Shown here: positions 29,454-38,168 of the stretch, one piece after another
How positions within the stretch are numbered: position 1 is the first letter of the stretch
Layout of the letters: every line of letters starts with the position of its first letter
NCBI GenBank assembly: GCA_964342825.1
Contig: CAYFHO010000033.1
Coordinates: 1 to 48,902, forward strand
DNA: 48,902 nucleotides
Direction of reading: 5' to 3'
Origin: an uncultured Verrucomicrobiota bacterium
Lineage (GTDB): Bacteria > Verrucomicrobiota > Verrucomicrobiia > Limisphaerales > AAA164-E04
Translations under genes and position numbers: made by a program
The notes under the pieces: generated by a model
What the model was told of the DNA's origin: nothing
Seen by the model: the letters and a program-made list of their open reading frames with translations, nothing else
Database searches by the model: none

Positions 29454-30923
29454 TTGTTTTTTTGCATTGGATTGATGAATCCCTTCACATACTTTTACTC
29501 CATGAACCCGTGCGTTAAATCAATTCTTTTGGCCTGCATTTCAACCGGATTTTTAGGTGAATTGAAAGCCGAAGTTCGATTGCCTTCAATCGTCGGAGAC
29601 CACATGGTTCTCCAACAAAAATCAAAGGCAACCTTATGGGGTTGGGCTAATCCGGCTGAAAAGATTCGCGTGACAAACACCTGGGATGAGACCATCCGCG
29701 AGAGTGTTGCGGATAGCGGCGGAAGATGGTCCATCAAAGTAACGACTCCAAGTGCAGGTGGACCTCATGAAGTCACCGTATCCGGGAGCAATACCATTTT
29801 GCTCAAAGATGTCATGATCGGTGAAGTCTGGGTATGCAGCGGTCAAAGCAATATGGAGTGGAGTGGTCATCACGGACTTCAGCAAAGCAAGGAGGAGGCC
29901 CCCAAGGCGACCGACAAAAATATCCGCTTTTTCTACGTTCCAAAGACGACTTCACATTTTCCTCAAGATCGATGTGAAGGCACCTGGAAAGTTTGTTCTC
30001 CGGAAGAAATGATGCAATTCAGCGCAGTGGGTTATTTTTTTGGTAAACGGTTGCGCGAAAAGCTGGACTCACCGGTGGGATTAATCAACAGCAACTGGGG
30101 AGGCACTCCGGCAGAAGTATGGACGCCCAAGGAGTTGGTCGAATCGAATCCGGAACTGCAGGTCGCGGCCAGCCAAATTCAACCTTTTGCCTGGTGGCCC
30201 AAGGACGCGGGTCTCTGTTACAACGCCATGATTCACCCCATCACTTCTTACAAGATCGCCGGCACCATCTGGTATCAAGGTGAAAGTAATGTGAGTACTG
30301 CTCATTCCTATGAGCGATTGTTCACTTCAATGATTGGGGCTTGGCGTCGAGCCTGGGATGATCCGTTCCCATTCTATTTCGTGCAGATCGCACCCTATGC
30401 CTATTCGAATCCAAACGTCGGCGCACTGCTCAGAGAAGCTCAAACAAAAAGTGCATCTTTCCCGAATGCAGGAATGGTGGTGGTGAGTGATCTGGTCGAT
30501 AACATCAAGGACATTCACCCTCAGAACAAGCGGGACGTAGGTCACCGGCTGGCCAACCTTGCCTTGTCAGAAACCTATCACCTGAATGGTATACCCCATC
30601 GCAGTCCGCAATTCAATCGAATGGTTGTTGAAGGTAACAAGGTGCGCGTTTACTTTGATCATGCCGAGAAGGGCCTGACCTCCAGGGACGGAGAGCCCGA
30701 TGAGTTCACCATTGCAGGAAAGGACGGGCGATTTCATGACGCCAAGGCAAAAATAGAAGGCAGCACGGTTCTAGTCTGGAATGAAGAAGTCAAGCAACCA
30801 ATCGCGGTCCGGTTTGGTTTCAGTAACACAGCTACCCCAAATCTGTTTTCCAAGGATGGTCTTCCCGTGAACCTGTTCAGAACAGATTCGTTCGAAATCA
30901 ATACGAGTTTACCATCCCGGTGA
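29454..30923 (+). CDS. Secreted SASA-family (sialate O-acetylesterase-like, SGNH-type) carbohydrate esterase
   Basis: Signal peptide, then the catalytic block EVWVCSGQSNMEW (GQSNM motif). Length about 470 aa matches two-domain SASA esterases. The start is probably the Met near 29502. Confidence 0.75.
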   Translation: MFFCIGLMNPFTYFYSMNPCVKSILLACISTGFLGELKAEVRLPSIVGDHMVLQQKSKATLWGWANPAEKIRVTNTWDETIRESVADSGGRWSIKVTTPSAGGPHEVTVSGSNTILLKDVMIGEVWVCSGQSNMEWSGHHGLQQSKEEAPKATDKNIRFFYVPKTTSHFPQDRCEGTWKVCSPEEMMQFSAVGYFFGKRLREKLDSPVGLINSNWGGTPAEVWTPKELVESNPELQVAASQIQPFAWWPKDAGLCYNAMIHPITSYKIAGTIWYQGESNVSTAHSYERLFTSMIGAWRRAWDDPFPFYFVQIAPYAYSNPNVGALLREAQTKSASFPNAGMVVVSDLVDNIKDIHPQNKRDVGHRLANLALSETYHLNGIPHRSPQFNRMVVEGNKVRVYFDHAEKGLTSRDGEPDEFTIAGKDGRFHDAKAKIEGSTVLVWNEEVKQPIAVRFGFSNTATPNLFSKDGLPVNLFRTDSFEINTSLPSR

Positions 30924-30935
30924 TCCTTTAAAAAC

Positions 30936-31238
30936 CTAAAGAATCACTTCAAACCCTTCAAACTGTGGATGGGAAAGGTGCATACCCTCCGGCGACCTTG
31001 CCTGGCTGTGAGCTTTTCGGAAGGCTTCTGATTCGGTCCAGTTGACGAAAACTTCCCTGGATGCCCAGATTGAATGGGAAACATAGGTGGTGTGCGTCTC
31101 TTCCCTGGCTCCCTTGAGCAAGTGGAATTCTTTGAATCCAGGCACCTCATCCAGGTAGGATTCACGGTTACGCCACATGTCTTCAAATGCAGATTCAAAT
31201 CCAGGCGCAATTTTAAAGCGGTTCATTGCGATGTACAT
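30936..31238 (-). CDS. Antibiotic-biosynthesis-monooxygenase (ABM) domain protein
   Basis: 100 aa with a ferredoxin-like ABM pattern (NRFKIAPGFESAFEDMW...EVPGFKEFHLLKG...). Confidence 0.6.
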   Translation of the reverse strand: MYIAMNRFKIAPGFESAFEDMWRNRESYLDEVPGFKEFHLLKGAREETHTTYVSHSIWASREVFVNWTESEAFRKAHSQARSPEGMHLSHPQFEGFEVIL

Positions 31239-31331
31239 GGCAAACCGTTCGCATAACTTTGGCCACTTGTAAAGGACTCATGAATTGCGATTTTACTTTC
31301 GCTAAGTGACCGACATGTCTTCAATCTGTGG

Positions 31332-31652
31332 ATGCCCTTTTATGAAAGAGAAGAACTGGAAACAAAACATCTGATCCCCGGTTTTGAGGTTCGATTCGTG
31401 CATGGAGAAACGATGACCCTCGCATATTGGAACATCGACGAGGGGGCCAAGCTGCCCGAACATGCACATCACCATGAACAGATCTGTAATGTGATCAACG
31501 GCGAATTCGAACTTGTGATCAATGGAGAATCGAAAATCCTGCGGTCTGGCGATGTCGGAGTGATTCCATCCAATGCCGTTCATTCAGGTGTGGCAAAAAC
31601 AGACTGTACTGTCATCGATGCCTTTAGCCCGGTGCGAGATGATTACCGATAG
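31332..31652 (+). CDS. Cupin-domain protein
   Basis: Cupin motif 1 (G...PEHAHHHEQ...NGE) and motif 2 (GDVGVIPSNAVHS). 106 aa. Confidence 0.7.
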   Translation: MPFYEREELETKHLIPGFEVRFVHGETMTLAYWNIDEGAKLPEHAHHHEQICNVINGEFELVINGESKILRSGDVGVIPSNAVHSGVAKTDCTVIDAFSPVRDDYR

Positions 31653-31777
31653 TTGAATATATACTGTAGAGCATTTGTGAGGTGGAAAAACCGCATACTC
31701 CGTGGCATGTTTAACCAGAGACTGGTAAACTTCGCCAGTGATCTCAAGAGTTTACCGGCAAATAGAAAGGTTCGGTT

Positions 31778-32062
31778 ATGCTTGCCAAATATCACATCGA
31801 ATACTCAGTCAGATTGGGACGTCATGTTCAACCTCACCACATCAAAACAGATGATCCAGTTGCTTGTGAAGATTTCTTGATGGAAATTCTAGATCGAGGT
31901 TTTCACATCCAATCCATACAGCACGAGGGAGTCAAACTCTCGCAGGTGGAATCAGACAGGATGATTAAGGGAGCAGCAAGTTTGCTCGCAGCCAGAAGGC
32001 TATGCCAGTCCCTGAAAATAAGTCCGGAAGAAGAAAAATACCGATTTGGGTTCTCAGCCTGA
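31778..32062 (+). CDS. Small hypothetical protein (weak call)
   Basis: 94-aa ORF upstream of selA with no recognisable motif. It overlaps an alternative-frame ORF (31653..31880). Coding status uncertain. Confidence 0.25.
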   Translation: MLAKYHIEYSVRLGRHVQPHHIKTDDPVACEDFLMEILDRGFHIQSIQHEGVKLSQVESDRMIKGAASLLAARRLCQSLKISPEEEKYRFGFSA

Positions 32063-32230
32063 ACTTCAACATTCAGACGGCTTTCAAGTCGTTTGTGAGG
32101 TCAAATAGCAACCGAGGAGCCTCTTACTGAGTCAAGAGACTCGTGGACCTGACGGACTGCATCCTTTCGTTATCTCCTCCTAAACTCTCATGGGGATTAT
32201 TCTTAAATCCTCTCAATTCCCTATTACTCA

Positions 32231-33682
32231 TTGCCAAAAAAAGCAATTTCAGATGAGATACATCTCCGAATGAATCAGGAAGATCCAAACATCAAAAGGC
32301 CTCCATCCGTCGATCGGTTATTGAAGGAGACACAAACTTCTTCGATTCCTCGATTGCTAAGAAAAAGGCTCATTCAGGATCTGCTTCATCAATGGCGCCA
32401 AGGCGAAATGGAACCAGCCACCTCCTCAGTTGAGGAAAGGATTCAATCTCACCTCAAAACTTTTGAAAAACACAAACTGACCTCGACCATCAATGCCACG
32501 GGAATTGTTCTACATACCAATCTTGGCAGAGCCCCTTTTGATCAGGATCTGCCCAGGCACCTGATCAACCAAATAACAGGATACAACAACCTGGAATTCG
32601 ATCTAAGCTCTGGCAAAAGAGGTAAACGCGGGATCTATGTTGAAAAGGCACTTGCAGTACTCTCCGGCTCAGAGTCGGCTACCGTGGTCAATAATTGTGC
32701 GGCTGCTTTGATTTTGATTTTAAACACTTGTAAATCTAAAACGCGTCGAGAGGTGTTGGTCTCCCGAAGCGAGCTTGTTCAAATTGGGGGAGGATTTCGT
32801 ATTCCTGAAATTTTAGAATCAGCAGGTTTGCAGCTGAAGGAAATCGGAACCACCAACCGGACTCATCTCGATGATTACAAGAAATCCATCTCTGAAGAGA
32901 CAGCCCTGATTCTCAAAGTGCATCAAAGTAATTTTTACATGGAAGGGTTTGTGGAGTCCGTCTCAGTGCCGGAGCTGGCGCAACTTGCCAGAGACAAAAA
33001 CCTTCCTCTTGCGGTCGATCTTGGAAGCGGCGCTTTGATAGATACCAAATCTCGGTTTTCAATCGACGAGGAAACAACTCCGGCAAACATCATTCAACAA
33101 GGTGCGGACATGGTGTGTTATAGCGGTGATAAACTGATGGCAGGTCCTCAAGCTGGAATCATAGCAGGAAAAGCAGATTGGATTAGACGATTGAAATCGA
33201 ACCCTTTTTTCAGGGCCTTAAGGCCTGATAAACTGGCCCTGTGTGCACTTGAGTTTACCGTTCAGAAACATCTCGAATCTACAAACGATCCCGAATCTAA
33301 AGCACTTCCAGATCTTCCGGCTTATTTTCTACTAAACCAGACCACAGATGAGCTGCGAAAACGCGCCGAAAACATCAAGCGCACTGCAACCTCTAATGAA
33401 GCCAGCCTCAAAGTGGTCGAGACAGTTTCAGAGATAGGCGGAGGCACAATGCCCAGAACCCGGATGGAATCGATCGCCCTTGTCATGAATTGGCCCCATG
33501 TGAAGCCGGATCTCCTTGCACGCTGCTTTCGAGAATTACAACCACCTATTCTGGGATATGTTCACCAAGGAAATTTCCACCTCAATCTTCGAACGGTCTT
33601 TCCGGATCAGGATGAAACCCTGTCAGCTCATATCCGGCAAGTTGAAGAGAAACTCACCCAGATGCCTTCAGGTAAATCATGA
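32231..33682 (+). CDS. selA: L-seryl-tRNA(Sec) selenium transferase
   Basis: STINATGIVLHTNLGRAPF matches the SelA signature (INATGVVLHTNLGRA). 483 aa. A PLP-fold region is present. The stop overlaps the selB start (ATGA). Confidence 0.9.
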   Translation: MPKKAISDEIHLRMNQEDPNIKRPPSVDRLLKETQTSSIPRLLRKRLIQDLLHQWRQGEMEPATSSVEERIQSHLKTFEKHKLTSTINATGIVLHTNLGRAPFDQDLPRHLINQITGYNNLEFDLSSGKRGKRGIYVEKALAVLSGSESATVVNNCAAALILILNTCKSKTRREVLVSRSELVQIGGGFRIPEILESAGLQLKEIGTTNRTHLDDYKKSISEETALILKVHQSNFYMEGFVESVSVPELAQLARDKNLPLAVDLGSGALIDTKSRFSIDEETTPANIIQQGADMVCYSGDKLMAGPQAGIIAGKADWIRRLKSNPFFRALRPDKLALCALEFTVQKHLESTNDPESKALPDLPAYFLLNQTTDELRKRAENIKRTATSNEASLKVVETVSEIGGGTMPRTRMESIALVMNWPHVKPDLLARCFRELQPPILGYVHQGNFHLNLRTVFPDQDETLSAHIRQVEEKLTQMPSGKS

Positions 33683-35640
33683 GTGAAGTCAAAAGATCCA
33701 CTCCATACATTATTGCCACGGCGGGTCATGTGGATCACGGCAAGAGCGCTCTTGTCAAAGCCCTCACAAAGGAGGATCCTGATCGTCTTCCGGAGGAAAA
33801 ACGAAGAGGTATCACCATTGACCTCGGCTTTGCTCAGTGGTTATTGCGCGATCCGGAAAATCCCACGCGCGAATTTGATCTGGGAATCGTGGATGTTCCC
33901 GGCCATGAAGATTTCGTTAAGAATATGGTCTCAGGCGTCGGTGCAGTCGACCTTGGTCTGCTGGTTGTGGCTGCAGATGATGGCTGGATGCCGCAAACCG
34001 AAGAACATTTTCAAATCCTCGAATATCTTGCAGTCCCCAACCTGATTATCGTGATGACCAAAGCAGACCTGGCTGCTGGAGAAACCGATTTCGTCATCGA
34101 AATGATTCGGGAGGAATTGAAAGAAACGCGGTTCGAAGAAGCACCCATCATTGCAACATCCACAAAAACGAACGAAGGATTCGAGGAACTGGGAACAGCA
34201 GTGGCGGATTTGCTACGCCAACAACCTCCTCACATTGACTTGGGGAAACCCCGACTCCCAATTGACCGCTGTTTTTCAATCAAAGGTATGGGAACTGTGG
34301 TCACTGGAACTTTGATTGGAGCATCATTGAGTTCAGACCAGCCTGTGGTTGTAAAACCAGGAAACTTGCAGGCGAAAATCAGAACCATACAACATCACCA
34401 CGGTCAGCAACCGGCTGCCGAGCCCGGGATGCGCACGGCGCTCAACTTACCTGGAACCAGCATCAGAAAAGGGCACGATTTCTCACCATCCACTGTTGGA
34501 CGAGGTCAAGTTGTGACGATTGCAGATTTGGGGCATAATACAAATTGTTTTGATGCTCTCGTCGAACGCACTCAACGTTTCGACAAGCCTGGCAACCATG
34601 TATCTTGTTCCATAAAAAGCGGAACGCGCATTCGAGTGCACCTTGGATCCGATAACGTCCCGGGACGAATTTACTTTGCCGATCACAAAGCCCTGCCTCC
34701 TGGTTGTAAATCACCCGCGCGAATCAAACTTGAACGACCTGTTTTTACTCTTGAAGGCGATCGATTTGTGCTGCGCGATTGGTCTCAACAGGGAACTGTC
34801 GCCGGAGGACGCATCTGGGATGCTGACAGCCATAAAAGGAAACTGAATCATGCGGCACAACTAAGTTACCTGGATGCTCTGTCCCAAACTTCAGGTGATG
34901 CCTATGATTATCTTCAAGCAAGACTCATCCGTGATCACGGCATTCAATTGGATGTATTTTCAAAAAGGAGTCAATGGACAAGCAAGCAATTAGCCAGAGA
35001 AGCAGCCAAACTGGTCAAAGACAAGGTCGCTATCAAACGTGGTGACTGGTTATTGGACCAAGATTGGTGGAAAGCAACCATAAAGAGTATGGCGGATCAG
35101 GTGGTCCAATTTCATCAGGCCAACCCGGACAAACCTGGTCTGAAACTGGAAACCGCTCGAAAGCAGTTTGAAAAGCAACTACCATCTGCAAGCCTGTTGG
35201 CAACCGCCTTGACTGAGTTGGGGAAGGAACATTCCATCGAGCAATCAGGCGAATGCCTTTGCCACCAAACTCACAGCGTGACCATACCCGACCGTCTGGC
35301 TCCCCTTGCATCCCAAATACTCGCCGAATTATCCAAAGAATCCAACGAACCTCCAGCTCGAAAGCACCTCGATACATCTCAAGACACTGGAGACACCATT
35401 CGATGTCTCATCAGGATGAAAAAGATTGTCGAAATCGGCACAGACCTTGTCGTCCTCAGCGAAGTGTATGAGATTTATCTGAAAAAAATAAAAGACCTGC
35501 TGATCAACAAGGGGCCCTCAACAGTCAGTGCCATTCGTCAACACCTCGAAGTCTCGCGCCGCATCGCAATCCCGCTCCTGGAAAAACTCGACCGCGAAGG
35601 CCAAACTCTCCGTGAAGGTGATTTGAGGAAATGGAAATGA
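33679..35640 (+). CDS. selB: Selenocysteine-specific translation elongation factor
   Basis: [19 protein letters not shown] (G1), DVPGHEDF (G3) and TKAD (G4). 653 aa with a long C-terminal winged-helix extension as in SelB. Translationally coupled to selA. Confidence 0.9.
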   Translation: MSEVKRSTPYIIATAGHVDHGKSALVKALTKEDPDRLPEEKRRGITIDLGFAQWLLRDPENPTREFDLGIVDVPGHEDFVKNMVSGVGAVDLGLLVVAADDGWMPQTEEHFQILEYLAVPNLIIVMTKADLAAGETDFVIEMIREELKETRFEEAPIIATSTKTNEGFEELGTAVADLLRQQPPHIDLGKPRLPIDRCFSIKGMGTVVTGTLIGASLSSDQPVVVKPGNLQAKIRTIQHHHGQQPAAEPGMRTALNLPGTSIRKGHDFSPSTVGRGQVVTIADLGHNTNCFDALVERTQRFDKPGNHVSCSIKSGTRIRVHLGSDNVPGRIYFADHKALPPGCKSPARIKLERPVFTLEGDRFVLRDWSQQGTVAGGRIWDADSHKRKLNHAAQLSYLDALSQTSGDAYDYLQARLIRDHGIQLDVFSKRSQWTSKQLAREAAKLVKDKVAIKRGDWLLDQDWWKATIKSMADQVVQFHQANPDKPGLKLETARKQFEKQLPSASLLATALTELGKEHSIEQSGECLCHQTHSVTIPDRLAPLASQILAELSKESNEPPARKHLDTSQDTGDTIRCLIRMKKIVEIGTDLVVLSEVYEIYLKKIKDLLINKGPSTVSAIRQHLEVSRRIAIPLLEKLDREGQTLREGDLRKWK

Positions 35641-35694
35641 ACATATTCTGAAAACAAGAATGACCAAACGGAAATAACTATCGTCATCAAATTA

Positions 35695-36245
35695 CTAGCC
35701 CGAATGAGATTCCGTGATGTAATCATCGAATCCCATCAGCCGATATTTTCTGCAGATCAAAATAAATTCGTATAGATCCAAATCGGGATTCCGTTGAATC
35801 AGCTCGATGATGTCTGCTTTTGATTTATAGCCCACCCGAATAAAGATTAAGGACTATGGGGTAAGAGAGCCGGACAATCTTAAACTGGCTTCTTTCCTTG
35901 ACTTACATGGTTGCAACTCTCAAGGAGTTATCGATCACTGTATATCCCACGAAACGGACGATCTTTATGAAACCAAATGACCCGCTTACATCAATGCTTC
36001 GTCTTGGGCGGGTCATTGAAATCAGGTTCGAGAGGTTGGACTTGATACCTCTCTGTGTTCAGCGATTAGAGAAGTGTTCTTAGTGCTGCGATACTTGTGT
36101 TAACTCAGAGATCAATGTCTTCGATTTGACGAACATAGTGATGGGTGTCAGGTGACAGCTCCGATGACTAGGGTATCGATCTGGAGCATGTTCACGATGT
36201 AGACAATGTACGCCGCAGACCTCTTCCAGAAATCATTTGAGAAAC
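35695..36245 (-). pseudogene. Decayed paralog of the nucleotidyltransferase-fold gene at 44895..45452 (in-frame stops and frameshifts)
   Basis: Nucleotide similarity of about 70% to 44925-45120 is visible by eye. Conceptual minus-strand translation gives ...LQIDTLVIGAVT / HHYVRQIEDIDL*VNTSIAALRTLL*SLN... / VIDNSLRVATM*VKERSQFKIV... / YKSKADIIELIQRNPDLDLYEFILICRKYRLMGFDDYITESHSG*. The intact copy reads HQIDTVVIGAVALAAHHYVRQTEDIDLGINASIASLRSVVESLN...VIDDALEVASMSVNKGSKLKIV...YKSKADIIELVQRNKDLDLDAIRSLCQKYRLEGLEDLIREAESN*. Its 5' end overlaps the lnt 3' end by about 50 nt. Confidence 0.6.
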
Positions 36246-38132
36246 GGAAAAAGTGCAACAAATCCATAAAAGCAGGCAAAGAGCCTTCGCCAACAAGTCG
36301 TTGGTTTGACTGTAAAAAGTTTGTCTCTGGTCGACCCAAATGGATTGAGTACTTTGCCCAGAGATACCGGCTGTCGAACGGATTATTTCCACTTGTTTGA
36401 TCATGCCCTCGACCCTGTTTCGAAGTGGAAGATTTCTGGAAAGCTCGCCTTCGTGTATCCGTCGAAGCTCAACAATTTGCTTGATCAAATCCAACTCAGG
36501 TGCCCCCAAACCAGTCCATCTCTGACCTCGATCATTGACCACTTCGCCATAGACTTCACCGGTGGGTTTGACGAATCCAGAAATACCTGTGTTGCTGCTT
36601 CTAGCAATGCCTATTCTGCCCTCAACCGCACGGAAAGGAAGCAATAGGGAATGAAATATGGATGCATGGTTCCGTTGAAATCCACCATTGTTGGAGATGT
36701 TTACTACAAAATCGATGGGTTTTTCTGGTGCTCCGGATTTTAGAAAAATACCTGCATCTTCTGGGAACATGATTTCGTTGCAAATGGAAACGGCATATCT
36801 CCAAGGTGTCTCGGCAGGATCTTGGGCTGAGGATGTAAATGTCAGGATTTCTCGATGGGTACCTGGAGAAATTTCCAGATGAGCTGTTGGCTTTTGAAAC
36901 TCGAAAGCTGTTTCTAACAACCAACGAGAAAAGGAGGAACTTTTCCAAGGGAGGTATTCGCCTACGGGAAAAAGTCTGATTTTAAATTGCCGCTGGCAGG
37001 GGAGAGAGTTTGAAGGTTCAAGACAAATGCCTGCATTCCTTAAACGGCCACGGGGAGCATCCATTACGAATTGTGGTTCTTCCAGAAACGCTCCCATAAT
37101 TAATGGACGATCATTTCGCTGGACCCAATCAGTGATGGTTCCATAAAAGCTGACATCCGGTTTCAGATCGCCAGTTTCTCCATTATGGAAGTCGGTTTCC
37201 TTTTCATCCATCATTTTTTTTGAGGGACCAAAAATATCTGATTGGAATATGGGCATGCCTTGCGGCACTTCTGGCCACACCAAGAGGTCGGGCTTTGTTT
37301 CTTCGTTCATCGCCTGATCACTCAGGTTTATCAGATCCGTCAACATTAGTTTCGGATCAAAGCCAAAGCCTGACTCCGGGCGGGTCGGAATGTCCGGTTG
37401 AATTACCGAAATCATAGGACCTTTAGTCATGGTAACAGATGCCTGATCTAGCTGGAGGTGTCCATATAATGCGATGCAACCCCAAAGGAAAAGGGTTGCG
37501 ATGTATCCTTGGTGATGAGCTTGACCACTTTTTATTTGATGCGAAAAGCGAAAATGGACTCGTATCCAGTCTGCCGTTCCCGCACCGACCATCGCGATGA
37601 AAAAACTGAGGAGATACAGTCCGCCAATATCACAAATTTGGATCATCCACAGCTGCCCATGCGCCGGAGGTGCCAACAACCCAAGTGGTAATCCGATTTC
37701 CCCCAGCATTCGCCAATACTCGCCGCCCGTCCATAAGGGAGGAAAGACAAATGCCAGCGGCAACCGGGTCCATTGGCGCACAGCATGGGTGGCTGCAACG
37801 ACGCAACCTATCGTAAGCCCATGGTAGCCGCTGATCAGCAGAAGTCCTAGCAAGCTGTAAACTGCAAAGAATCGATATACAAATACCAATGTTACGGCAC
37901 TCACTAATGCTGAAAGGCATGCCGCCCACCCCACGTGACGATTTTCTGATGCCAAGGCAAGTGGGGTCGTAGCCAGAAAAATAAATGGCCACCAGATATA
38001 ATATCCGAGATAGAAAAAGACACCGAATCCAATACACAGGTAAAGCATACCTGCGTGCATCGGCTGTTGCCATCGCCATGGATTCATAGGCATTGTATGA
38101 ATGTTGAGCCGTTGCCCGATATTATTTCCCAA
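36192..38132 (-). CDS. lnt: Apolipoprotein N-acyltransferase with about 110-aa C-terminal extension
   Basis: N-terminal polytopic membrane domain followed by a CN-hydrolase domain (LLVWPEVPQG catalytic Glu region, later ICNEIMFPE Cys region). 646 aa versus about 510 typical. The extra C-terminal residues run into the adjacent repeat/pseudogene. Confidence 0.7.
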   Translation of the reverse strand: MGNNIGQRLNIHTMPMNPWRWQQPMHAGMLYLCIGFGVFFYLGYYIWWPFIFLATTPLALASENRHVGWAACLSALVSAVTLVFVYRFFAVYSLLGLLLISGYHGLTIGCVVAATHAVRQWTRLPLAFVFPPLWTGGEYWRMLGEIGLPLGLLAPPAHGQLWMIQICDIGGLYLLSFFIAMVGAGTADWIRVHFRFSHQIKSGQAHHQGYIATLFLWGCIALYGHLQLDQASVTMTKGPMISVIQPDIPTRPESGFGFDPKLMLTDLINLSDQAMNEETKPDLLVWPEVPQGMPIFQSDIFGPSKKMMDEKETDFHNGETGDLKPDVSFYGTITDWVQRNDRPLIMGAFLEEPQFVMDAPRGRLRNAGICLEPSNSLPCQRQFKIRLFPVGEYLPWKSSSFSRWLLETAFEFQKPTAHLEISPGTHREILTFTSSAQDPAETPWRYAVSICNEIMFPEDAGIFLKSGAPEKPIDFVVNISNNGGFQRNHASIFHSLLLPFRAVEGRIGIARSSNTGISGFVKPTGEVYGEVVNDRGQRWTGLGAPELDLIKQIVELRRIHEGELSRNLPLRNRVEGMIKQVEIIRSTAGISGQSTQSIWVDQRQTFYSQTNDLLAKALCLLLWICCTFSVSQMISGRGLRRTLSTS

Positions 38133-38168
38133 CGAAGTAGGCCTATTTTGTAGGCGGAAAGTTGATGG

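Noticed and set aside
33683-34045. 120-aa alternative-frame ORF inside selB
   Set aside because: It is embedded within the well-supported SelB GTPase domain in another frame.
36148-36339. 63-aa minus ORF 36148..36339 as a real gene
   Set aside because: Its C-terminal half (NMLQIDTLVIGAVT) is simply the N-terminal remnant of the decayed nucleotidyltransferase paralog. The rest overlaps the lnt 3' end out of frame.
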